This document shows positions 1 through 9,490 of a stretch of 64,000 nucleotides of DNA, one piece after another. The stretch is taken from assembly GCF_002113885.1 (NCBI RefSeq), contig NW_018404097.1:1422950-1486949 (forward strand), given 5' to 3'. Origin of the DNA: Mizuhopecten yessoensis (taxonomy: Eukaryota). Numbering within the stretch: position 1 is the first letter of the stretch; each line of letters opens with the position of its first letter. Both the position numbers and the translations under genes were made by a program. Below the pieces are notes generated by a model. The model was not told where the DNA came from. It saw only the letters and a list, made by a program, of their open reading frames with translations, and searched no databases.

Positions 1-150
1 TGCATGTAAACTTCTCCAAGCTATACTGGTATGCAATATGTGTACCAAGTTTGAGTTCAATCAACCCAAGGAAGCTTAAGTTATCGCATGGAAACCATCG
101 TTGAAAAAGTAAAACCTATATGTGGCATCGTGTTGCAGGCGACACAAAAA
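1..150 (-). mobile_element. Partial terminus of a Helentron/HINE-like repeat
   Basis: Ends TATGTGGCATCGTGTTGCAGGCGACACAAAAA, an imperfect hairpin next to a T-run on the minus strand, as at the other HINE ends in this window. Truncated by the window edge. Confidence 0.35.
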
Positions 151-273
151 TTGGAAAATTGGTTACTATGGATTCTATGTAATTTAGTCCTTTGGTATAT
201 GACAAGTGTCTACCTAACAATGTAGCAGTTCTGTACTACAGGTAAAACAGTACATACATACATGTATACTAAC

Positions 274-1059
274 TAGTGGTGTACTGATAACTGGAAACAT
301 GATTAAATCGAGCTTGACATGAGGTCAATTCGATAATCGATTTAGAGCACATGAAAGATCGATTTTGAAACTTTGTCATGAAGAACTGAAATTCTTAAGA
401 TACATACAGTTACTTTTCATGTGTAATCCAAAAATAAAACATCGCTTTCATCCGTTCTTGTTGATTCTCGCTTGAATCATGCCGGAAATCAAGCATGGTA
501 GCTATAGCGTCATTATGTAATCAAGGTCAGTGCAGTGTTTTGTAGGTACGGCTAAATTTATAACTGACGAAATCTGGAAGTACAGCAAATGGCGGCCACC
601 GGAATGAAACCACTTTCTTTTTCAGCGAAGGGATGGTGAGACATAAACTTTACAGTACCAACTCAATTTGACTCAATTTCAAATGGGTTAAATTAATTCA
701 CAATTATAAACGTCATATCAAGTACTTAACCCAAAATGCATAACCTGATTTGTTTGTGTAATGATCGCTATCATCATGACTCGTCTGCAGGAGATAGGAA
801 AAGGTATGTTCACTTTTCAAACGGTAATCTACCGGTCATTGTTAATATCTGAAGTACCTTTTCTCATCATATGAATGTCTCTTAGATAAAGTTATTTGCA
901 AAATAACACGTAGTTATATCAATTTTTTTCAATGATTGGACAAAATGTCAATTTGTTTAATGCATTCCTTTTGGCGCTTATTTCAACCGATAATCGATTA
1001 CCGATCGATCTTGAATGTCCGATTATCGATCTTCAAAATCGTACCGATTCCCAACACTA
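274..1059. mobile_element. Non-autonomous hAT-like DNA transposon
   Basis: Termini TAGTG...CACTA, exact 8-bp target-site duplication ATACTAAC (266-273 and 1060-1067), subterminal ATCGAT/ATAATCG motif clusters, and CpG-richer than the flanks. Confidence 0.75.
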
Positions 1060-1067
1060 ATACTAAC

Positions 1068-1151
1068 TGGTATATCATCATCGATGACAATGTGAGAATA
1101 CTGCTCCATCTTCCTCTGCTTTTTAGGTCTTTCATCAGCCACGCTCTTAGA
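1068..1151 (-). CDS. Uncharacterised minus-strand gene exon (SKSVADERPKKQRKMEQYSHIVIDDDIP)
   Basis: Pyrimidine-rich acceptor ttcaattTAG, donor CCA|GTTAGT, 84 nt, phase 0/0. The gene probably continues beyond position 1. Confidence 0.55.
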
Positions 1152-1353
1152 CTAAATTGAAATATAAAAAGAAAATTTCAATTTCTGTTATAACAAAATC
1201 ACCCACTCTTTGGCGGCCAAGATATATTTGAGCATGAAGCCCTTACCATTGTTCAAAAACATGGATTTATTTCAGTATTAATGTGACTTAACATAATCCA
1301 TGCTATACTGTCACTGCCAGTAAAATAATTCAAAACAATTACTGCAAACTTAC

Positions 1354-1391
1354 ATAGATTTTTTAGGTCATTCATCGGCAACACCCTTAGA
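1354..1391 (-). pseudogene. Degenerate duplicate (pseudo-exon) of the 5' part of exon 1068..1151
   Basis: TCTAAGGGTGTTGCCGATGAATGACCTAAAAA versus TCTAAGAGCGTGGCTGATGAAAGACCTAAAAA. It has an in-frame TGA, similar upstream intron sequence and its own GTAAGT donor. Confidence 0.55.
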
Positions 1392-1628
1392 CTTATGAAA
1401 TATATATAGAAAAGAATATATTATATCATATTGACCTTTTGATATTCTATTCAAAAACATACAACAAATTGATCTCAACATCAACACGAAATAATAGAAA
1501 TTACAAAATAATAAAACAAGCACTGAAAAACTGAAGACAGCCAAATTCTAGCCACGCAATAATCCTTATATTTTGAGAGCTCCCAAAGTCTGATTGATCG
1601 TGAAAACCTGCCCTGTATTGGTTCTGAC

Positions 1629-1995
1629 CTGTGTGGTTGTCCGTTTACCAGGTTCTCTCTTGGTTTTCTGTTTTCCCATTATGCCTGCGTCTTTTACCAG
1701 TATAGTCTGCTGCATGTCCTTATCTTCCATGTTGGAAGTTGACTCCTTGGTGACGTCTCCATCGCTTTTGTTTCCGATGTCACTCTGATTATGTCTACCT
1801 ATTCTAACTTTGTTCTGGGAATATCCTGTCAATATCTTTGTTCTTTTGGGCTTGTCCCTAGACTTGTCATCCTGGCTCTCTTCATTAGGTGCTACCTGAT
1901 CGACACACACTTTGGACTGCTCGTGACTGATGAATGGCTGTTGATGTTTGTAGATAGAGTCATGGTCAGGGATGGTGGTAGAATCATTATCTCTT
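1629..1995 (-). CDS. Uncharacterised minus-strand gene, long hydrophilic exon (RDNDSTT...KRTTTQ)
   Basis: Acceptor tttcaattACAG in phase 2. The frame is open to the stop at 1566 and includes the tracked ORF 1566..1910. The phase-0 donor CAG|GTCAGA is my best guess. Confidence 0.5.
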
Positions 1996-2318
1996 CTGTA
2001 ATTGAAAGTAGAATCATCAGGTAGACTTTGAAATTGTGTTTAAATTCTCATTATTTTCAATTCAAAAATGGATTTTGCATCTGAATTTCAACGCTTCACT
2101 ATCTATTAAGCAAATCTGTGCTGTCTCCATTTTCTCTCTCTTTCTGCTGATCGTCTAATTTAAAATACAGTGCCAAGGCATAAGCTGTCACAGGTCCTCC
2201 AGATCATGTGAGCTAAAAATAATCATCGGTTTTTTCATGACTTTCTGTGCTAAGAAACTATGTAGCAAAAATTAAAGTATTAGCCTGGATTTGGGATCGC
2301 CACTGAGCAATGACCAAC

Positions 2319-2446
2319 CTATTCTTAGTATGTGGGGTCTGACCGCAAGAATTCCAACCATCATTCAGCGCATCTTCACTAGACATATCTACCTCCGTCT
2401 TCTGTGCTTTTGGCGTAGCTTCATCCTTTGACATCATTATAACTTT
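2319..2446 (-). CDS. Uncharacterised minus-strand gene exon (KVIMMSKDEATPKAQKTE...HTKN)
   Basis: Acceptor ttttACAG, donor AG|GTTGGT, phase 0/2. An alternative donor GAG|GTAGAT at 2393 is possible. Confidence 0.5.
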
Positions 2447-2680
2447 CTGTAAAAGTTCAATTAGATAAAAAGGTACATGTATATTTCTTGATCATTTACA
2501 ATTGCTTTCAATTAAAAGTTTTGAAAAACACCTAACCCAAAAGAAGAGTAAATCAATCACGGCAGATTAAAGAAAAAGATAAAATCAAACCAAGCATTTT
2601 TGAAACGTTTTCTTATGCAAGATAATTGGTGGACTGTCCTCTTACGACTCTTATGACAATGTTTTTGCATCGTGACTCAC

Positions 2681-2733
2681 CACAAATTCTCTTTTCTCTT
2701 GCTTACTCATACCAGTAGTGTCAATCCCGGCAT
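2681..2733 (-). CDS. Uncharacterised minus-strand gene exon (DAGIDTTGMSKQEKREFV)
   Basis: Acceptor gatgtttTAG, donor GTG|GTGAGT, 53 nt, phase 1/0, which fits both neighbours. Confidence 0.6.
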
Positions 2734-2985
2734 CTAAAACATCAAATATATTCTAGCGTCAAAACTTGCATCTTAACACATCAAATATGTTAGTGTCAAA
2801 ACTTGAATATAAAACATCAAATATATTATAGTCAATAGAGTGTCAAAACCTGCCTCTGAAACATCAAATATATTAGTGTCAAAACCTGCCTCTGAAACAT
2901 CAAATATATTAGAGTCAAAACCTGCCTCTGAAACATCAAATATATTTATTTATAATGTCGAAATCTCCATTTAAAACATCAACAA
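2731..2985 (-). repeat. Tandem repeat of about 36 bp (about 7 units) made from a splice acceptor
   Basis: Unit CCTCTGAAACATCAAATATATTAGTGTCAAAACCTG; the leftmost unit is the acceptor of exon 2681..2733. Confidence 0.8.
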
Positions 2986-3121
2986 TAACAACGTCATAGT
3001 TTGTATACAGATGTGTTAAAATAAGAACAAACTTTAAAGAAACTTCTGATTTCTGGCACAAATGTTTTTCTTCTAATCAAGTTCAAAATGAATAACCAAA
3101 CTAGGAAAAAGAACCTTCTTA

Positions 3122-3960
3122 CAACAAGAGGCCCATGGGCCTAAACGGTCACCTGAGTCTACAGTATTTATTTTTGTTGTTGAACTATGTACCAATTTGA
3201 GTAAAAAATAGTATAATGTTAACTTAACTTTGTCAGGACCATGAGCTGATCATTCCTAGACCAATTTTAAGTGAGATCGGCCTATTAGAACTTAGTAGCA
3301 AAATAGCGGCCATGGCAGCCAAATTGTATTTCTGATTGACCCGAAAAATAACAACACTTTGTCAGGACCATGAGGCGATCATTCCTACCAACTTTCAGTT
3401 CAATCGGTCCAGCAGAACTTGACTTTAAGTTTGAAATAGGTTTTCAAAATGGCGGCCGTGGCGGCCATATTGGATTTCTGATCGACCCGAAAAATAACAA
3501 CACTTTGTCAGGACCATGAGGCGATCATTCCTACCAACTTTCAGTTCAATCGGTCCAGCAGAACTTGACTTTAAGTTTGAAATAGGTTTTCAAAATGGCG
3601 GCCGTGGCGGCCATATTGGATTTCTGATCGACCCGAAAAATAACAACACTTTGTCAGGACCATGAGGCGATCATTCCTACCAACTTTCAGTTCAATCGGT
3701 CCAGCAGAACTTGACTTTAAGTTTGAAATAGGTTTTCAAAATGGCGGCCGTGGCGGCCATATTGGATTTCTGATCGACCCGAAAAATAACAACACTTTGT
3801 CAGGACCATGAGGCGATCATTCCTACCAACTTTCAGTTCAATCGGCCCAGCAGAACTTGACTTTAAGTTTGAAATGTAAAATGTTAACGGACGACGGACG
3901 ACGACGGACGAAAACGGATAGCAATAGGTCACTTGAGCTAAAGCTCAGGTGACCTAAAAA
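3122..3960 (-). mobile_element. Non-autonomous Helentron (HINE)-like element with internal 146-bp tandem array
   Basis: GGTCACCTGAG/CTCAGGTGACC subterminal inverted repeats, (GACG)n microsatellite, AGGCCCATGGGCCT palindrome, and units at 3344/3490/3636/3782. It is the reverse complement of 30604..31506. Confidence 0.8.
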
Positions 3961-4155
3961 TGGAATATCTGTTTTTCATTTCTGAGAAATAGTCATGGTA
4001 AAATTCAAGATGTCTACCTCTGGTCATTTTTCTCTGTGATCAGTTCAAAATTAAACATGCACAGAACATGCACCAAAGTGCAGCCATCTTTATGCAATCA
4101 GTTCTAAGGATCAAGGGTATTAATTTTGCACACACTGATCATGACGTCGACAAAC

Positions 4156-4294
4156 CTCTCAGAATCTGGTCACTGCGGTCTTCTGCGGTCACAGTTATTT
4201 TTTTAATCCCTCTCGTCTGGAGCCTCTGGTTCCGGGATCTTGATGTGGGCACAAAGTTTGGGCCATCATGGTCTGTTGGATTCACATAGATAAT
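4156..4294 (-). CDS. Uncharacterised minus-strand gene exon (IIYVNPTDHDGPNFVPTSRS...DQILR)
   Basis: Acceptor TTGCAG, donor G|GTTTGT, 139 nt, phase 0/1, open frame. Confidence 0.6.
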
Positions 4295-4875
4295 CTGCAA
4301 TGTCAACAGTATAAAAAACAAGAATGTGATACACCAACATTTACATTCTAACTGCTATAGGTATGATGACCTGTGTTTTTGATAATAGCCAGCACCTAAT
4401 GGTATTCACTGGGTACTATGTTTGTCACCAGCTTCTTTTAAACCATTGCAAATATTTATGATCATAATCTCTGGCATGAAAAAATGGTTAATACCTATTA
4501 TTTCACCAATAACCTCCTACATCAAAACTTGAGAACTCTGTATTACTCCCATAAGTGCTATAATTCAATCACAGCGACTCAATGGGATATTTTGCCGATG
4601 ATTTCCAAGATTGAACATCCTTAACATTGTATATCACATCTGCATTATGACATATCTTTCATAAAATCCTCTCCTGGTCAGAGTAGTAAATAATTTGCTT
4701 GACGTAACGGGTTATCAGATAATCCAGATATCTACCTTGTGCAAATTGATTTATATGTACCTAAACAAATTCCCCGAATAAAAATCATAGTCTAACATCA
4801 TTCATTTAAATATATCCGATCTATTCAATACTTCGTCCATGAATTTTGTTTAGCTAATTCAGTAGGTCCTATATA

Positions 4876-6066
4876 TGTAGCAGTGTCATTATTTAATGAC
4901 AGTAATATCTTTTACTTGTACAGCTGGTTATTTTTAAACTTGATTCTTCATTAAAAGCAGAGTATTAAGTGCTGTGCTTTTACTATACAGTGTATCTATA
5001 TACATGTACACTTTGATTTATATCAAATGACACCTGTGCAAACCTGTTTGTCAAGGTTTATGGGTCGATCTATTTTTGTGTAAGATTGACCATGGGTCAG
5101 TGCGCACCCGCGCTTTTGGGGGCATTGTCACTCCCGTACAAGTTTATGGCCGTATCGGACGTGTTATGCAATTGTGCAGACTTAATGCTTATTAGTGAGC
5201 TGAGAATTCTAAATTGTGAGTACTTTAATAAGATCTTAGTGATTGTAAATTATTTATATCACATGTGATAACCTTTTGATATACTGCTGATGTAAATTAT
5301 ATACTTTATAAATTAATTGGAATTGTCCAATTCAATTAATACGGTTATTTGAAATTTGACTTTCCCGCCATTTTGTGCTATTCGTTATTTTTATCCACAA
5401 TGATTTTGGTTAACTTGATTAGTGGTCTACATCATGTCTATTATATTCAACATTCTTGTTAACGTCCGATACTGGTACATCTTTAGTAATTGTCATTATT
5501 TTATTATTTGTAGCATTGTATGCGCAAGATTGGCTCACGGAATTATTTAAGTCTGTGATTGGCTACTTGGTCACGTACTCACGTACGGGGTTGTCTCCCT
5601 GGATTTAGACCCTCTTCGTCTATGAAGAGGTAGGTTTTGAAGTGATTCCGTTTTGTACAAATAGTTGTATTGTTGTTAAACTATTATTTAATGTCACTGT
5701 ATAATTTTAACTATGATATTTGTCAAATACTCTTAACCGCATTGGTTGTATGATAAGCGTTAAGCTCGGCTATTTAATTGGAGTAGTGATAACGCCCGAG
5801 TTATTCAGTATAACGTTTTGGTAGTATTTATATAGTGAAGTGTAAAGTTAGTAGCATGCGACAGGTGCGTTAACCTGTTGCGTTATTGTATATGGACGAT
5901 TCCATTGTAATGTATAAGCTACTGTTGGTATTTAAATGCGGAATATGTTTCTTATTGATGCTATATATTGTTTTAGGGTTTAATGTATGAGGAATAAATA
6001 TCAATGGAAGCAAAGATAGCGTTGGAGTGTTCTATACAAAGAGACCCCTAGAATAAGACCGTTACA
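4876..6066 (+). mobile_element. Candidate solo LTR (Ty3/gypsy-like)
   Basis: TGTAGCAG...CCGTTACA ends, TATA on both flanks (possible 4-bp TSD), two GATTGGCT CCAAT boxes (about 5528 and 5558), and AATAAA about 70 bp before the 3' end. The left boundary is uncertain. Confidence 0.45.
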
Positions 6067-6154
6067 TATAAACAAAGTTTAAATGATAATCTAAATATCA
6101 GAATGAAAATAATATTTGACTATATATTACAATGGCAATAATGTTAGAGCTTAC

Positions 6155-6220
6155 ATCATTGGAGTCTGAATCGTTGTCAGGTTCTGCTGGCCTTTTGTCT
6201 TTGAACTTTTTATATTCCAT
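6155..6220 (-). CDS. Uncharacterised minus-strand gene, first coding exon part (MEYKKFKDKRPAEPDNDSDSND); the exon spans 6155..6277 including 5'UTR
   Basis: Acceptor GTTGCAG (AG at 6279-6278), ATG at 6220, phase-0 donor GAT|GTAAG. Confidence 0.6.
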
Positions 6221-6850
6221 CTTGATTGTCTTTTGTGTTCCAGATCTTTTTATTTTATTTCAACTGTTGAATTTATTCTGCAACAAGCGGAAAATAACAA
6301 AACATGTTACTCAACAGTTTCAGTAAGATTTCGAGTTGTATGTATCCAACACAAAGTAAGCAGCTAATTTCAGTACATTTCATAGTATTGTATCAATCTC
6401 CTTATTTTTTTCATGAAAGTAGCATGTGAAATATTTCGGAATATTTTTACCGGGTGATGATTGTTGCATTTAATTTTGCTTGTCCTACATGTACAATTAT
6501 ATAATAAAGTGTCTGTGACTAGCATTTAAGCAAGCACCGACACATGTGTGTACATGTGCATACTTGTATTTGTGATGAGGGTTGAGATGCAAGAAAAGGT
6601 CAGGACATTTATAGTGGACCTGCACTGCCTGCAGGCATGGGTTGACCACATGACCAGAAACCAAATTTTGTTTAAACATAATCTTAGAGTTTGAAGGTTT
6701 TAGGCATGTAATTCCAGTCTGCCAACTTCATTTTTCTTGTCTTGATACATAATCATATATATTTATCATGCATTTAGTTTTACCAATTTCCAAATCACTT
6801 TATATGCCAATGGCTAATTCATTAGACTAGGAACACTTTTGTTTATCATT

Positions 6851-7380
6851 AGGGAGTGGATATTTACCCGGCTGCCGTGTCCCGAGAACGCGAAAGACTA
6901 TTCACCCGGCTATGACACTTGAAAAATAACTGGAAAACATCAAATTTAGCAACTGGAACTTTAAAAGACAATTAGATAGATCTGATAAATGATGCACACG
7001 ACAATAAAATACCCTAATGTTTAATAAAAGTATGACATTTGCATTGTACGTTTTGCTTTCTTCGGGGAAGTGTTGGTCAACTCGCCCAAGTCTATAGCTA
7101 CACAATCGGCAATCTGTAGGTTTTTTTTCCAAATATTCTGTGTGATTCAGACTCGTCTTTCAAACTAAAGCTTACTTGGGGTCTACTTGCAACGTTTATT
7201 TAACAAATGATTTGGGTACGACCCGACAAGATTATAGTACACAGCTTCCGGGCGAATAGGCTCTGTGCGATTGTGTACCCGGCCGCCTGGCGAATAGTCA
7301 TTTGACATGTGTACCCGGCTACCGGGCAAATAGTCTTTGTACTTTTAGGTACCTGGCTGCCGGGCGAATAGCCTTAACCT
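6851..7380. mobile_element. MITE / non-autonomous DNA transposon
   Basis: Imperfect 26-bp terminal inverted repeats (AGGGAGTGGATATTTACCCGGCTGCC versus the reverse complement AGGTTAAGGCTATTCGCCCGGCAGCC), flanking direct repeat TATCATT, and repeated CCGGGCGAATAG subterminal motifs. Confidence 0.65.
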
Positions 7381-7879
7381 TATCATTATCCGATATGATA
7401 ATCAATTTATTATACTAATACACACTGATGTTTGAAAGATGCCGTCAATGTGAGCAGTTGACATTTAGTCCAATGAGTGAGAAATGAATCAACCGAAATA
7501 TAGGTATAGTTACTCTAACTCTCACAATCGCTTTTACCAGTGCCGATCAGTTTGCGTCAATACGAACAAATTCATATAATAATATCAAACTGATTGTTGT
7601 GTGTACATGTGTAGATTGTTGCATGAATATGACGATCAAATGTAAGTTCGAGCGAAACGTCTACTGAAGTTCACGTTAGATACAGTAGCAGGGGAGGGGG
7701 GTCGAAACTCCGAAAGCTTATGGGCGAAAACAGGGACATGGATAATATATGACATCCCACCCAAAACAATTGATTCAATTTCATACAAAAACGTTTTCTG
7801 TTTGGCATCATCCAACTGCTAGGATAGCATATTGTCTCAGTGATACTCCTGTCTTTCCTCTCCTGCCTTCTAACTCAAG

Positions 7880-8100
7880 ACCTACCAGAAAATTATAAAA
7901 ATGGCGCGAGTTTTGGTGTATGATGGGAAATTGATTTTATCTAACAATTATTTTTAATATGGTGATATTTTATCATTTTATTACAGAGATACCTCAGTTA
8001 GTATTAGAAATGAAAATCTGCGTCGATTCATAGAAGATTTTCTGTTATTTTCTATATAACGCCCCCTCATTAGCATATTTCCAAGATGGACGACAAGGAG
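7880..8100. promoter_or_regulatory. Probable bidirectional promoter / TSS region between the two head-to-head genes
   Basis: YY1-like AAAATGGCG at about 7898-7906 and CAAGATGG at about 8082-8089. A minus-strand donor TG|GTAGGT at 7885-7880 could end a short non-coding first exon. The region lies between the divergent ATGs. Confidence 0.45.
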
Positions 8101-8345
8101 ATGCCAAGGAAGAATAACAGTGAACTTCGAACTCAACTGGAGGGGAATTATGGCTCTTGAGAGTAAACAGGGTTCATATATTTTACACTGATATTAACTT
8201 GACGTGGCTTGATGTGTTGATATATGTAATATAGCCATGTCTTTATCTGAACCTTCACATTTTACTTCGGTATTTGGATATTTTTCAATACACACAACTG
8301 TCAAAGCAGCTATGAATGTGACTGTGCTTTGTTTGTGTGTACAGC

Positions 8346-9490
8346 ATGGGCAAACTTGATTTGCTTCTTTCAATACGGAGAAGTGAGAAGATGATATTAG
8401 GCATGTGTGAAGATCTGCCTGATGTTTCATATTCCGGTATAATCTCAACTGAATCGGAAGATACCATGAGGTTTGTTGATAGCCAAAACAATGTTGATGT
8501 TGACATTTTAAAATCGCGTCTAAAAGAGACAGCACACCATTGCTTCAATAGCAGCAATGGTGCCAATGGTAGTAAAAGACTTCTATCAGATAACAACAGT
8601 TCAAAAGAGTTAAATGTAAGTTGCAGTTCAGAAGAGGGATGTAATGGATGTGATTTAGATGAATCTGATTGCAAGCGGTTGAATAGCTCTTCTTCACTTT
8701 CTGATGCAGAGAACATATCATCACACTCAAATGATAATTATCAGTCTTATTGTGAGACTGGGTTAGATCCAGGTGTAAGACTGAAATCTGGACTTGTTAT
8801 CACGCCGATCACTCTGACACAAGATGTCCCGCTGGACATCAACGAGGGGTCAAATAATCGATTGTCTACAGTTCTGCAAAACATTCAGTTACCGCTTGTG
8901 TACATTCCTACAACTCGACAACTAGTCACCAATAAGAAGGGAATAGAAAAAAGCCAAGGAGATGCCAGCTCAACTGGTGCACCTGAAGAATCTTTTTCGG
9001 GTGCAGGCAATTCAGTCACGTTATCTGAATATGACAGTAACCAAAGCACATCAACTGAAACTATACTCAATATTGATGACATTGACCAAAACTCAGAGAT
9101 ATTAAAGCAAACTAATATAGAGACAGGAAGTTTAGGGGAAACTGATTCTTTATTGAGATTAAAAGAACCTGACCAGCTAACATGTAGTAGTTTGGATCTG
9201 GACTCTGGGATCCACAGGGTATATACTGGAGATTCTCTACTCCGAACATTTAATGATGCCTCCAGTCTTTCTAGTCTTAGCACTTGTACAGATTTTTCAG
9301 TGTCCGCTGCCTCCATAGATGATGGTGAAGGGACAGGACTTTGTATAGACACCGGAGATGGAGGATTTATGGAAATCAATCTCCATTCTAGAAATTCATT
9401 TGAACGTTGTAAAAATGGCTCTCAAGATAGTGGAATTGACGACAGAGGTGCTAAACCGAAGCGGAAAGGCATTTCAGGATTTTTATCAAG
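8346..9490 (+). CDS. TBC1D14: TBC1D14-like coding exon 1 (long Ser/Asp-rich, probably disordered N-terminus)
   Basis: The 385-aa ORF has its first ATG at 8346 and ends [11 protein letters not shown] at donor AG|GTAATT (9491, phase 2), which matches the phase of the 34906 exon. The start codon choice is inferred. Confidence 0.85.

Noticed and set aside
3717-3932. Similar 71-aa ORFs at 3717..3932 (-) and 30632..30847 (+)
   Set aside because: Both are incidental GTG-started frames within the non-coding HINE element.
8194-9379. Minus-strand ORFs overlapping exon 1 (113, 143 and 164 aa)
   Set aside because: Antisense shadows of the real coding exon with no independent support.
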